DNA of 64,000 bases. Origin: Gemmatimonadales bacterium. GTDB lineage: Bacteria; Gemmatimonadota; Gemmatimonadetes; Gemmatimonadales; Gemmatimonadaceae. The notes under the pieces were generated by a model. The model did no database searches, had not been told where the DNA came from, and saw only the letters and a program-made list of their open reading frames with translations. Shown here piece by piece: positions 45,282 through 58,788 of this stretch. Location: contig JBBRBY010000004.1 of NCBI GenBank assembly GCA_038205315.1, positions 23,826 through 87,825 of the forward strand, in the 5' to 3' direction. The position numbers were made by a program, and so were the translations under genes. Position 1 is the stretch's first letter, and each line of letters starts with the position of its first letter.

Positions 45282-47126
45282 CTACGCGCGACCCACGGCT
45301 GCAAGCGCGAGCGCGCAGTTGATTAGCGCGATGTGCGTGAGGCCCTGCGGGAAATTACCCGCGAATCCGCCCGACTTCGGGTCAAGCTCCTCGCTGTACA
45401 GGCCCAGATGGTTGGCGTGCTTGAGCATCCTGCAAAAAATCCGCTCGCCCTGCTCCGCCTCGCCCGACAGCACTAGGGCCTGTGCCAGCCAGAAGGTGCA
45501 GATGGAGAAGACGCCCTCCTCGCCAGGCAGACCGTCGTCGTTGCGATAACGATAGACGAGCTCACGATCCTCGCTGGTGAGATCGCTCAGTATCGCAGAG
45601 ATTGTGCATTTCACGCGCTCGTGATCTGGGGGAAGGAATCCGACGATCGGAATAATGAGATTGGCGGCGTCGAGCGCCTCCGTTCCGAAGAACTGGACGA
45701 AGCTCTGGCGGCGTTCGCTCCAACCGCGTTCCATCACCTCGGCCCACACGGCGTCGCGCGCGGCTTCCCAGCGGTCCACGTCAGCCGGAAGATTGAACTC
45801 GCGCGCCATGCGGATGCCGCGATCCAGAGCCACCCAGCACATCACCTTGCTCATCACGTAGTGTTCGGCGTTCGCGCGCACTTCCCATATTCCGCTGTCG
45901 GGTTCGCGCCAGTGCTCGGCGACCCAGTCCACGAGACGGGTGAGTGACCACCAGGTTCCCTCGCCTATTGGCGAAGTCCGGCTCCAGGTGTAGGCGGTAG
46001 CGAGGATTTCTCCGTACACGTCCAACTGCAGCTGTTCTACGGCGGCGTTGCCGACACGAACGGGCGCTGAGTCACGATAGCCCGACAGGTGCGGCAGTGT
46101 GCGCTCGGGGAGATCGCGGGAACCATCAACGCCATACATGATCTGAAGGTGCGCGTCGGTGGCCTTGCGGGTCACGCGGCGGAGGAAGGCCATGAATGCG
46201 CTCGCTTCCTCGCGCTGGCCCAGTCCCTGAAGCGCATCGAGCGTGAACGACGCATCGCGCAACCAGATGAACCGGTAGTCCCAGTTGCGCGTCCCTCCCA
46301 TCTCTTCGGGCAGTGACGTTGTCGGGGCCGCGATGATGGCGCCGGTCGGTTGATAACACAGCAGCTTGAGCGCCAGAGCCGAGCGCTGCACGACGGCACG
46401 GTGCGCACCCTCGTAGTTGATGGTAGATACCCAACGATCCCAGAACGCAATGGTTTCGTCCATGCATTGCTGCGAGTTGTAGGACTCGATGGGAAGCACC
46501 TCGTCGTCGTCGTAGCGCAGCACGAACCACACCGAGTCGCCGGCGGCCAGTCTGAGTCTGGCGGTCGCGCCAAGTTCTGTGATCTCCCACCACACATCGC
46601 TGGTAGCGGAGAGCGCCGCCACTTCCTTGTCATCGTCGGTGGCGAGGATGCCGTTGCGCCTCGGTATCAGGCGGGCTGGGCGTACGGCGTAGTCGAAGCC
46701 CGGCGAGAAGCAGATCATAACGTCGATCTCTCCGCGCGTACAGGTGACGCGTCTGTGGATCTCCGCAAAGCCCGGCCGCCGGCCGTCGGCTCCCACCGGC
46801 ATGAAGTCGTGCAGCTCCATTGCGCCGCGACTCTCGTGAAACGTCGTTACCAGAACGTTCGTGGCCGGCAGATAGCGCTGTTCGCTGGTGTAATTTCCTC
46901 CCGGCGAAATCTGGAATCGCCCGCCCTTGCTCGCGTCGAGAATAGCGGCGAAAACCGACGACGACGGAAAATCCGGGAAGCAGCACCAGTCTATCGAACC
47001 GTTCAGTCCCACCAGCGCAGCGGTCCGCATGTCGCCAATCACGCCGTAGGCGGAGATGGGCGCGTAGCCACCGGCGGTTGACGCCGATGACCATGCCGCC
47101 GGTGCCTGAGGGCTGGAGGCCGTCAC
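45282..47126 (-). CDS. Glycoside hydrolase family 15 protein (glucoamylase/trehalase-like)
   Basis: 614 aa. N-terminal beta-sandwich (YGVIGDMRTAALVGLNGSIDWCCFP) and an (alpha/alpha)6 catalytic domain (NWDYRFIWLRDASF, GIWE). The GTG start overlaps the otsB stop (GTGA). Confidence 0.85.
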   Translation of the reverse strand: MTASSPQAPAAWSSASTAGGYAPISAYGVIGDMRTAALVGLNGSIDWCCFPDFPSSSVFAAILDASKGGRFQISPGGNYTSEQRYLPATNVLVTTFHESRGAMELHDFMPVGADGRRPGFAEIHRRVTCTRGEIDVMICFSPGFDYAVRPARLIPRRNGILATDDDKEVAALSATSDVWWEITELGATARLRLAAGDSVWFVLRYDDDEVLPIESYNSQQCMDETIAFWDRWVSTINYEGAHRAVVQRSALALKLLCYQPTGAIIAAPTTSLPEEMGGTRNWDYRFIWLRDASFTLDALQGLGQREEASAFMAFLRRVTRKATDAHLQIMYGVDGSRDLPERTLPHLSGYRDSAPVRVGNAAVEQLQLDVYGEILATAYTWSRTSPIGEGTWWSLTRLVDWVAEHWREPDSGIWEVRANAEHYVMSKVMCWVALDRGIRMAREFNLPADVDRWEAARDAVWAEVMERGWSERRQSFVQFFGTEALDAANLIIPIVGFLPPDHERVKCTISAILSDLTSEDRELVYRYRNDDGLPGEEGVFSICTFWLAQALVLSGEAEQGERIFCRMLKHANHLGLYSEELDPKSGGFAGNFPQGLTHIALINCALALAAVGRA

Positions 47127-47941
47127 TGGCGCGCCTCCACGAGCAACTTCAGCAGACGATGCACGGCGGCGGTACCGCTCACCGCGTAGCGCGCCGTAGT
47201 CTCCACAGCCGCGCTACTAGTCGTGCTGCCACCAGATGACCCAACCCGAACGGTTACCGCTCCAGGAATGTTCTCGAGCGCGCGGAACGCATCCTCATCC
47301 GTGACGTCGTCGCCGGCGAACAATATCGATGTACCCGCGGCTGCCGGCTCACCAGCAATGTCACGGACTATCTCCAGTGCCGCGTCGCCCTTGTCATGCG
47401 CACCGGCCGGAACGATGTTGATGACGGCCTTGCCGAACGCGGTGAGCAGAGCGTCATCGTCGGTGATTTCCATCACGCGGCTGGTCAGGTCCGGCAGCCG
47501 CTCGAAATCCATTCCGCGGAAGTGAAAGGTTAGTGAGTATCGCTTGTCTTCGAGGCTGGTTCCCGGGAACTCGCTTGACAGCGTGGCAAGTTGCCGCGAA
47601 GCTTCGGCGAGAATTGGCCCACTGAGCTTCCAGCCTCGGGGCTCGCGAATATTTCCTGAGCCGTCGATGCGCTCGCTCCCATGATTCGCATAGATCACGG
47701 CACCATCGACGGTGATCATGCGCGTCGCGTCCGCGGCGGATCGTCCGGTGACGAACGCGAGATGCACGCCGCGATCGCGGAGCTCGTTCAATCGGCTCAG
47801 TGATGCCATCACGCCGGAGGGAACCGTGGCATCGTCCGGACGTTCGACGATTTCGCAGAGCGTTCCGTCGATGTCGAGCATGATTATGAGGGGCGAACCA
47901 TCGAGCCGGGCGACCAGCGACTTCGGGTCTGTGGGCGTCAC
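47123..47941 (-). CDS. otsB: Trehalose-6-phosphate phosphatase (HAD-IIB)
   Basis: HAD motif I LDIDGTL, motif II TGRS, and a C-terminal GDDVTDEDAF motif. The GTG start overlaps the otsA stop (GTGA). Confidence 0.85.
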   Translation of the reverse strand: MTPTDPKSLVARLDGSPLIIMLDIDGTLCEIVERPDDATVPSGVMASLSRLNELRDRGVHLAFVTGRSAADATRMITVDGAVIYANHGSERIDGSGNIREPRGWKLSGPILAEASRQLATLSSEFPGTSLEDKRYSLTFHFRGMDFERLPDLTSRVMEITDDDALLTAFGKAVINIVPAGAHDKGDAALEIVRDIAGEPAAAGTSILFAGDDVTDEDAFRALENIPGAVTVRVGSSGGSTTSSAAVETTARYAVSGTAAVHRLLKLLVEARQ

Positions 47942-49428
47942 AGGATGGCGATCTCTCCCTCAACCGGATGGCGGGTTGACTCGGCCGCGGACAGGACCGC
48001 TTCGAGCCAGTCCCCGACTGTTGCGCCAGACACCCGCTCTCGCAATGCGACCATCCTGCGTTGCCGCTCGCCGTCGGGCATGTCGAGTGCCAGCGCCAGC
48101 GCGTCCGAGAACGCATCGATGAAGAACGGATTGACCAGAATCGCTTCGGCAAGCTCGTCGGCGGCACCCGTGAACCTGCTCAGCACCAGAACGCCCCGCT
48201 CGTCGTTCCGGCAGGCGATGAACTCCTTTGCGACAAGGTTCATTCCATCCTGTAAGGACGACACGACACAGACATCCGCCGACCGGTACACGGCTGCGAG
48301 GAGATCGGCGTCCACGTTGTCGTGGACGACGACGATCGGTGTCCAGTCCGCGGTCCGAAACTCCCCGTTCAACCGATCCACCTCGTCGAACACCCTTCGC
48401 TCGAGACGTGCATAGGCGGGTATGTCAGTACGCGATGGAGTCGCGACGAACAGCATCGTGAAGCTTCCGCGGCGCTCGGGCGTGTTGAGCCACATGTGCT
48501 CCAGTGCATGCAGTCGGCGTACTATCCCCTTCGTGTAGTCCATTCGGTCCACGCTCACGACAAGTTGCCGGGAACCGGACGCGTAGCGACTACGCAGCGT
48601 CTTCGCGACGTCGACGGTGTGCGGGAGCGATGCCATCCTGTCCCAATCCGCCACATCGATGCTTATTGGAAACGCACGAACGTGCGTTTCCTGGCCATCC
48701 AGAACTATTGAATGCTCGCCCTTGTCGACGCGGGCCTCGGGCAGTGCACGTGCAACGCACTCCATGAAATTGCAGGCAAAGCCGTCGGTCTGAAATTCAA
48801 TCAGATCGTTTCCAAGCATGCCGCGCAGGAAGTCCGTCTGGACCCCTTTCGGAAGCAGAGAGAAGACATCGGGTGGCGGAAATGGAATATGCCAGAAGTG
48901 GTGGATGAGAGCGTCAGGCACTTCCGTTCGTATAAGGCCCGGAGCGAGCGCGAAGTGATAGTCGTGCACCCAGACCATCGGAGCGCAGCCGACACGCTGC
49001 GCTTCCTGAACCACCGCTCCTGCGAAGATTCGATTGGCGCGCTCGTAGCTCTGCCAGTCGCTGCGGCGGATGTCCACGTTACTTATGAACATGTGGCACA
49101 GCGGCCAGAGCGCGCTGTTGGCGAATCCGAGATAGAATCCCTCGACGTCCTGCTCGGACAGCCAGACGCGCCGGAGGGTGTACGACGGCTCAGCCGGCGG
49201 GACACCGAGCCGGCCGTAATCGTCGGCCACCGTGCGATCGGCGCTGCCGGACGCCCACGCTACCCAGGTACCGTGCGTGAGACGAAGAATGGGATCCAGG
49301 GCCGAGACGAGGCCGCCGGCCGGTGAGCTGACAATGACACCGCTCGACGAGTGTACGTGCTCGTACGGCTCGCGATTGGACAGCACGATCAACGGACGTT
49401 CGAGTCCGATGGAATAATTCACTGACAT
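47938..49428 (-). CDS. otsA: Alpha,alpha-trehalose-phosphate synthase (GT20)
   Basis: LIVLSNREPYEH N-terminus, VWVHDYHF, and DGMNLVAKEF near the C-terminus. ATG at 49428 preferred over 49455. Confidence 0.9.
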   Translation of the reverse strand: MSVNYSIGLERPLIVLSNREPYEHVHSSSGVIVSSPAGGLVSALDPILRLTHGTWVAWASGSADRTVADDYGRLGVPPAEPSYTLRRVWLSEQDVEGFYLGFANSALWPLCHMFISNVDIRRSDWQSYERANRIFAGAVVQEAQRVGCAPMVWVHDYHFALAPGLIRTEVPDALIHHFWHIPFPPPDVFSLLPKGVQTDFLRGMLGNDLIEFQTDGFACNFMECVARALPEARVDKGEHSIVLDGQETHVRAFPISIDVADWDRMASLPHTVDVAKTLRSRYASGSRQLVVSVDRMDYTKGIVRRLHALEHMWLNTPERRGSFTMLFVATPSRTDIPAYARLERRVFDEVDRLNGEFRTADWTPIVVVHDNVDADLLAAVYRSADVCVVSSLQDGMNLVAKEFIACRNDERGVLVLSRFTGAADELAEAILVNPFFIDAFSDALALALDMPDGERQRRMVALRERVSGATVGDWLEAVLSAAESTRHPVEGEIAIL

Positions 49429-49491
49429 TTCGCACCTCAATTGAGCACGCACCATGCCGCTAAGGATGCGATAGTCGGGCTGTGTGGGGCC

Positions 49492-51684
49492 CTATTCGGA
49501 CGTCTGTTCCCGACGCGATACTTCGGTGACGCCCTTGACGCGCCGGATCGCTCGAAGAGTCTTGCGCAGATGGGGAAGGTTCTCGACCTGTACCTCGATC
49601 ACGCCATAGACGCGCGCGTCCTCGCTCTTGAGCTCGAAGCTTCGGATGTCGGTTTTTGTCTCGCTCACGGCGGTCGCAATGTCTGCGTACAGACCCCTCC
49701 GGTCGCTCGCCTCGACCGCCAGCCGGACCAGGAATCTCTCACCCTGAACCTCCTGCCAGTCTATCTCGAGCCTGCGCTCAGGCTCGTCGTCAAGCAACAT
49801 CAGATTTGGACAGTCGGCGCGGTGAATGCTCACGCCTCGACCACGTGTAACATAACCAGAAACGGGGTCTCCCGGAACCGGCTGACAGCACTGAGCGTAG
49901 CGAACGAGGAGGCCATCCGCACCCTGAATGCGCACGCCGCGGCCCGTGCCACGCACGCGATCAACGAGCCGCTCGAGCCGGTTCGGCCGCGGCGGCTCGA
50001 GCCCCGTGTCGATCTCCGGGTGCAGACTTCGGATAACGTCGCGCCCGCTGAGCTCGCCCTGTCCGACGGCACTGACAAGGTGTCCCTTGTCCGTCAGTCG
50101 GAGATGTTTCGCAGCGGTGTCGAGGTCATCATCGGTCGGTCGCGGAACGCGTCGGCGCTTCGCTTCCTTGTCGATCATCTCGCGGCCGAGCTTGATGGAC
50201 GCCTTCTGCTCCTCCATCCGAAGCCGCTGCTTGATCCTGTGACGCGCCCGGCCGGTGCGAACGTGCGCAAGCCAGTCGCGGTTCGGGCGCGCGGACGGCG
50301 ACGCGATGATCTCGACGGTATCGGAGTTCTTCAGCTCACGCGACAGCGGCGCCATGCGGCCGTTGACTCGAGCGCCGTTGCAGTGAAGGCCCACCTCCGT
50401 GTGAACCGCAAACGCGAAGTCGATCGGTGTCGCCCCCTTCGGCAACTGGATGACGTCACCGGTGGGCGTGAAGACGAAGATCTCGTCCTGGTAAAGGTCG
50501 AGCTTCAGGAACTCGAGGAACTCGTCAGGCGTCTTTGCGTCCAGCTGCAGCTCGAGAATCTGACGGAACCATTGAAGGTGCCGATCGAGCTCGTCCGCGT
50601 TACGCGCGTTCTCCTTGAACCGCCAGTGCGCAGCGATCCCATACTCTGCCGTCCGGTGCATGTCCCGCGTGCGTATCTGAATCTCGAACAGCTGCTTACC
50701 CGGCCCGAACACGGTCGTGTGCAGCGACTGATAGCCGTTCGACTTGGGTTGCGCGATGTAATCCTTGATGCGCTCCTGCACCGGAGTCCAGCCGTCGTGA
50801 ATAACGCCAAGTGCGTGATAGCAGTCGGGAACCGAGTTGACAAGCACGCGGATCGCGAGAAGATCGTAGATCTCCTCGTACGGCTTGTCCCGGTTCATCA
50901 TCTTCTTGTAGATGGACCAGAGATGCTTGGGGCGGCCGGTGATCTCCACGTCCGTGATGCCGGCGCGCGCCATGTCCTTTGTCAGCGGCTCCCGCATACG
51001 CTCTACAAGGTCGTCGCGTTCCGCGCGCTTCTGCGCGACCAGCTTGGCGAGGGCGCGGTACGCATCGGTCTCCAGATGCTTGAACGCCAGATCCTCGAGT
51101 TCCCAGCGTACGCGCGCCATTCCGAAACGGTGCGCCAGCGGCGCGTAAAGATCGCGCGTCTCCTGTGCGATACGCCGCCGCTTTTCTTCGGGAAGGGATT
51201 CGAGCGTGCGCATGTTGTGCAGCCGGTCCGCCAGCTTGATGATGATCACGCGCGCGTCCTTCGCGATCGACAGCAGCAGCTTGCGATAATTCTCCACCTG
51301 CGCCTCACGCGGCGCGTGCGCGGGCAGGTGTTCGATCTTGGTGAGACCGTCCACGATCGCTGCGACTTCCTTTCCGAACTCCTGCTCGATGTCGACGAGC
51401 GTGAAGCGCGTGTCCTCGATTACGTCGTGAACCAGTCCCGCCACGACAGTGGTCGTGTCCAGGTTGAGGCCGGCGAGGATCTTCGCGACCGCGACGCAGT
51501 GGAGGACGTAATCCTCACCCGACTTGCGCTTCTGACCTCGGTGGGCCTCCTCGCTGAAACGGTAGGCGCGAAGAAGCTGCTCCAGATCGATACGCTCGGG
51601 AAGCGGATCGCTGGAGAAGTCCCAGCCGGGAATCACCTCGGCGCCCGGTACCGGATCCGGGCTTACCACGCTTGCGGCCATCAT
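49492..51684 (-). CDS. relA: Bifunctional (p)ppGpp synthetase/hydrolase, RelA/SpoT (Rel) family
   Basis: HD hydrolase domain (HRGQKRKSGEDYVLH, HDVIEDT), a synthetase domain (YQSLHTTV), and TGS and ACT C-terminal domains. 730 aa. Confidence 0.95.
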   Translation of the reverse strand: MMAASVVSPDPVPGAEVIPGWDFSSDPLPERIDLEQLLRAYRFSEEAHRGQKRKSGEDYVLHCVAVAKILAGLNLDTTTVVAGLVHDVIEDTRFTLVDIEQEFGKEVAAIVDGLTKIEHLPAHAPREAQVENYRKLLLSIAKDARVIIIKLADRLHNMRTLESLPEEKRRRIAQETRDLYAPLAHRFGMARVRWELEDLAFKHLETDAYRALAKLVAQKRAERDDLVERMREPLTKDMARAGITDVEITGRPKHLWSIYKKMMNRDKPYEEIYDLLAIRVLVNSVPDCYHALGVIHDGWTPVQERIKDYIAQPKSNGYQSLHTTVFGPGKQLFEIQIRTRDMHRTAEYGIAAHWRFKENARNADELDRHLQWFRQILELQLDAKTPDEFLEFLKLDLYQDEIFVFTPTGDVIQLPKGATPIDFAFAVHTEVGLHCNGARVNGRMAPLSRELKNSDTVEIIASPSARPNRDWLAHVRTGRARHRIKQRLRMEEQKASIKLGREMIDKEAKRRRVPRPTDDDLDTAAKHLRLTDKGHLVSAVGQGELSGRDVIRSLHPEIDTGLEPPRPNRLERLVDRVRGTGRGVRIQGADGLLVRYAQCCQPVPGDPVSGYVTRGRGVSIHRADCPNLMLLDDEPERRLEIDWQEVQGERFLVRLAVEASDRRGLYADIATAVSETKTDIRSFELKSEDARVYGVIEVQVENLPHLRKTLRAIRRVKGVTEVSRREQTSE

Positions 51685-51893
51685 TCAATATGATGGGTCG
51701 GCGCCACCGGGAAAACCGGCAGGGCCTGCCCCCCGACAGCCATGTCCCGTCACGACTGTTGCCCGCGTCCCGCCACGGCATTCGTGCGCGTCCTGGCCGG
51801 GAGCACGTCGGCCTCCATAAACCGCACCCGGAGAGGCATCGCCGAGCTGCGGCGAAGGCCCGCGGCACCAGACTGGCGGGATCGCGATGCGGC

Positions 51894-52580
51894 CTATACC
51901 AGGATCCCACTTTCCGCAAAGCTCGTGAAGCGACCGCGACCGACAATGATGTGATCCAGAACGTCGATACCCAGAAGCTTGCCCGCCGATACGAGCTGCG
52001 ATGTCACCATCCGATCTTCGGGTGACGGACTCGGATCGCCGGAGGGATGGTTGTGGATGAGGATGACGGCGAACGCGTTTTCCGCGATCGCCTGCCGGAA
52101 CACTTCGCGCGGATGCACCAGCGACGAGTTGAGAATGCCGCGCGTGACGAGAATGTCGTTCTCAAGTCGGTGTTGCGCGTCGAGGGTAGCGATGTGGAAT
52201 TCCTCGACGGGGAGATCCTGCATGCGGGCAGAGTAGGCATCAAAGACATCTCTTGCCTCGCGCATGGGTCTTCCCTGCTCCCGTTGCTCCGCCAGCATTC
52301 GGCGGCCGAGCTCGAGCGCAGCGTGCACGGTGATGGCGCGCGCCGGACCCACGCCGGCAACGGCCGTGAGCGACGCGACTGGCCGCGCAGATAGGCGGCG
52401 TAGCGAGCCCTGCGACGCCGCGAGCACATCGTGAGCCAGGTCGATTGCGGATCGTCCCTCTCCGCCCGAGCCGATGAGGATAGCCACCAGCTCGACCGCA
52501 CTGAGTGCCTGCGCGCCATGCTGCCTGAGCCGCTCCCTGGGCCGTTCGGTAACCGGTATCTCGCGTATCGCCACAGCCAT
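51894..52580 (-). CDS. radC: RadC-like JAB/MPN domain protein
   Basis: N-terminal helix-hairpin-helix region (RERL...ELVAILIGSG) and a JAMM motif HNHPSGDPSPSPED. Confidence 0.85.
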   Translation of the reverse strand: MAVAIREIPVTERPRERLRQHGAQALSAVELVAILIGSGGEGRSAIDLAHDVLAASQGSLRRLSARPVASLTAVAGVGPARAITVHAALELGRRMLAEQREQGRPMREARDVFDAYSARMQDLPVEEFHIATLDAQHRLENDILVTRGILNSSLVHPREVFRQAIAENAFAVILIHNHPSGDPSPSPEDRMVTSQLVSAGKLLGIDVLDHIIVGRGRFTSFAESGILV

Positions 52581-52698
52581 GCGTGCTCCGAGTTAGAGTC
52601 ACTCGAGAGATACACGCGTCGCCGCCAGGCGAGCATCCGTGCGGAACGGCGCGTGGTGTCGATTCACTGCGGCGCTCGCTCGACTGACTGCGAACGGC

Positions 52699-52737
52699 AA
52701 TAAAAAGTGGAGGGCGAGTCCGTTACGACTCGCCCTC
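52699..52737 (-). terminator. Intrinsic terminator downstream of secA
   Basis: The minus strand reads GAGGGCGAGTC-GTAACG-GACTCGCCCTC followed by CACTTTTTATT. 11-bp perfect stem, beginning 7 nt after the secA stop. Confidence 0.75.
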
Positions 52738-52743
52738 ACATTG

Positions 52744-56087
<3,344 letters not shown>

Positions 56088-56103
<16 letters not shown>

Positions 56104-56642
56104 TGATACAACCTTTCCGATTCGATTATCTCAGCAACTCCGTCCTGCACGAAGCCGCGCACCGAGCGGCCCGAGCGAGCACGCTCCCGAACCTCGGTCG
56201 ATGACACCTCGATCACGCGGCCGGAGTATTCGCCCTCCGTGCTACGCGCAAGAATTTCTATTTGAACGAGCGATCGGATTCGATCGGGCTCGTGCCATTC
56301 CGAGAAGCGCGACCAGGCGTCCTCACCGACCAGCAGGAAGAGCGAGTCGTCCGGGTACTCTTCAGCGAACGCCTCGACCGTCGTAACCGTGTAAGATAAC
56401 CCTGCCCGGTCGATTTCGATCCGGCTGGCGCGGAACAGCGCGCAGGGCGCCACCGCCGCCTGGACCATGCGAAAGCGTGCCTCCGCCGACGCCCCGTGAG
56501 GCGTGGCTGTCTTGAGCGGCTGCTGGGCAGCCGGAACCCACACTATGCGGTCAAGCTCCAGACGCTCCGCAGCGTCGACGGCCGCGAGATAGTGACCTAC
56601 GTGCGGGGGGTCGAAGCTGCCGCCGAAGACACCGATCCGCAC
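56088..56642 (-). CDS. nadD: Nicotinate-nucleotide adenylyltransferase
   Basis: GGSFDPPHVGH motif at the N-terminus, ISSTEVR-like motif (VSSTEVRE) near the C-terminus. GTG start. Confidence 0.85.
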
Positions 56643-57379
56643 TGGCGACTTACCTCCCTGTCGTTGGGGTAGACCTTGAGTGCCGCGGCGCAGAGGTCCG
56701 TCGCGTCGGCCGTGTACTTGATGGCCCGGTACGCCTCCAGGAGCTTGAGATATGCTCTCCTGGTTGCCGTCGCGTTCGGGTGAAGCTTGATGACGTCCTT
56801 CAGATAGATGATCGAGGAATCGTACGCCTTGCGCCGGAGATAGTGCTCGCCAACGTTCAGATCCTTCGTGGCGAACATGTTATCGAGCCGCGCCATATCG
56901 ATATCAGCCTGCGGCACAAGCTTGGAGTCCGGGTAGAGCGAGACCAGCGACTGAAAGGTACTCATGGCGGACTTTCCATAGGTGTCATCCAGCTCCGGCT
57001 TCGACCACATCCTGGCATAGGCGCGGCCGCCGGCGAGTAGCGACACGGGGGCGAGGCTGTCGTCCGGGAAGGCGTCGGAGATGCGCGTGAAGCTCTGCGC
57101 AGCGAGCAGGTGGTCGCCCTGCTTTTCCTGGGACTCGCCAAGATAGTAGTACGACAGCGGCAGCAGCGCGTCGCGCGCCGGAAGGTCGTGCGTGAGCTGC
57201 TCGAACCCCTTCGCTGCTTCCTCATAGTGATGCTGGTTGAACTGCTTGAGCGAGGCCGCGAAGAGCGCCGGCGGACTTGCCGCGTACACCTTGGGATCGA
57301 AGCCGGAGTGGCACCCGCCGGCGCCAGCGAGCGCGACCAGCGATCCTAGGACTGCGAGCGAGCTGCGAACACGATTCAC
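56597..57379 (-). CDS. bamD: Outer membrane protein assembly factor BamD (YfiO-like TPR lipoprotein)
   Basis: Lipobox LAGAGGC. TPR helices, and YPDSKLVPQADIDMARLDNMFATKDLNVGEHYLRRKAYDSSIIYLKDVIKLHPN typical of BamD. The GTG start overlaps the ugd stop (GTGA). Confidence 0.75.
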   Translation of the reverse strand: MNRVRSSLAVLGSLVALAGAGGCHSGFDPKVYAASPPALFAASLKQFNQHHYEEAAKGFEQLTHDLPARDALLPLSYYYLGESQEKQGDHLLAAQSFTRISDAFPDDSLAPVSLLAGGRAYARMWSKPELDDTYGKSAMSTFQSLVSLYPDSKLVPQADIDMARLDNMFATKDLNVGEHYLRRKAYDSSIIYLKDVIKLHPNATATRRAYLKLLEAYRAIKYTADATDLCAAALKVYPNDREVSRQCGSVSSAAASTPRT

Positions 57380-58782
57380 GCGGTTGCTTCCCGGGCAGCG
57401 ACCGATCCGCGCCCTATCGAGTAGTAAGTGAGCCCCACGTCAGACATCTTACGCGGATCGTAAAGGTTGCGTCCATCGATGACTATGGGCCGCCTGAGAC
57501 TGCTCTTCAGGCGATTGAAATCGGGGTGCCGGTATTCGTTCCAATCTGTCACAATGACGAGCGCATCGGCGCCCCGCAGCGCATCATAACCCGTTTCAGC
57601 GTAGCTGATCCTTCCAGCGGCATTTCCAAGTCTCCGGCGCGCCTCGGACATCGCAGCCGGATCGTGCGCGCAAACCGTCGCGCCCCACTGCATCAGCTGA
57701 TCGACAAGCACGAGCGCCGGCGCCTCGCGCATGTCATCCGTGCCGGGCTTGAAGGAAAGCCCCCAGAGCGCGATGTGGATATTCTCAAGCACTTTGTCAT
57801 TCGAAGGCTGTAAAGCACTAACCGGCAACGTGTTAGCATGCGCCAACTCACGTGTCTTCTCGACAGAGAACGCTTCCAGCACCTTTTCGCCAAGGCGGCG
57901 CTTCTGCCTGTCGTTTGAGCTATCGACGGCTGCCAGAATCGACAACGGCACATCCGCGAGTGCGCCGGTTCTGACGAGGGCTTTGACGTCCTTCGGGAAG
58001 CAGCTGCCGCCGTAACCGGGTCCGGGGAACAGGAAGCTGGGACCGATTCGCGTATCGCTGCCGAGGCCACGGCGGACCTCGTCCACATTGGCACCCGTCG
58101 CCTCGCACAGCGCCGCGATCTCATTCATGAAGCCGATGCGCGTCGCCAGCATGCCGTTGGCAGCGTACTTGGTCATCTCCGCCGAGGCGATGTCCATGTA
58201 GATGACCGGGCGCCCGGTTCTGACGAACGGAGCATACAGCTCGCCCATGACAGCACGGGCGACGTCACTCTCGACGCCGAGCACGACGCGATCGGGCTTG
58301 AGAAAGTCCTCGACTGCGGCGCCTTCCTTGAGAAACTCGGGGTTGCTGACGATGTGGAACGGAAAGCCAGCGTGCCGCGCGACCGCCTGCTTCACCAAGG
58401 GTGCCGTGCCCACGGGAACGGTGGACTTGGTGACTATAACCGTCTCCCTAAGCATGCACCGCCCCACCGTCTCGGCGACGGCGAGAACATGCGACAGGTC
58501 GGCGGAACCGTCCTCGTCAGGCGGCGTGCCGACGGCAATGAAGACGACCTCCGATGCACGAATGGCTCCGGCCACGTCGGTCGTGAAGACGAGACGACCG
58601 TCGGTCTGGTTTCTCTCCACGATTGCATCGAGGCCCGGTTCAAAGATGGGGAGCTCGTTCTGCTTCAGCATCCCGATCTTGCCCTCATCCAGATCGGCAC
58701 AGACCACAGCGTTGCCCGTCTCGGCCAGGCAAGCGCCCGCGACGAGGCCGACGTAGCCCGTGCCAATTACCGCAATGTTCAT
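57376..58782 (-). CDS. ugd: UDP-glucose 6-dehydrogenase
   Basis: MNIAVIGTGYVGLVAGACLAETGN Rossmann N-terminus and the catalytic Cys region GGSCFPKD. 468 aa. Confidence 0.9.
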   Translation of the reverse strand: MNIAVIGTGYVGLVAGACLAETGNAVVCADLDEGKIGMLKQNELPIFEPGLDAIVERNQTDGRLVFTTDVAGAIRASEVVFIAVGTPPDEDGSADLSHVLAVAETVGRCMLRETVIVTKSTVPVGTAPLVKQAVARHAGFPFHIVSNPEFLKEGAAVEDFLKPDRVVLGVESDVARAVMGELYAPFVRTGRPVIYMDIASAEMTKYAANGMLATRIGFMNEIAALCEATGANVDEVRRGLGSDTRIGPSFLFPGPGYGGSCFPKDVKALVRTGALADVPLSILAAVDSSNDRQKRRLGEKVLEAFSVEKTRELAHANTLPVSALQPSNDKVLENIHIALWGLSFKPGTDDMREAPALVLVDQLMQWGATVCAHDPAAMSEARRRLGNAAGRISYAETGYDALRGADALVIVTDWNEYRHPDFNRLKSSLRRPIVIDGRNLYDPRKMSDVGLTYYSIGRGSVAAREATA

Positions 58783-58788
58783 CCCTGG

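Noticed and set aside
49441-51693. 750-aa plus-strand ORF covering the whole relA/spoT locus
   Set aside because: It is antisense to a gene with unmistakable Rel motifs. Its translation is Arg/Leu/Val/Asp-rich with no motif, which is typical of shadow ORFs produced by GC3-rich codon usage on the opposite strand.
51685-51893. 209-nt gap between radC and relA considered as a possible ncRNA or tRNA locus
   Set aside because: There is no cloverleaf-compatible arms or T-loop GTTCGAAT-type sequence, and no convincing terminator. Only a weak GGCAGG/CCTGCC palindrome followed by GGTTTTCC is present. It is most simply the relA promoter/leader. I could not fold it computationally, so a structured leader is not excluded.
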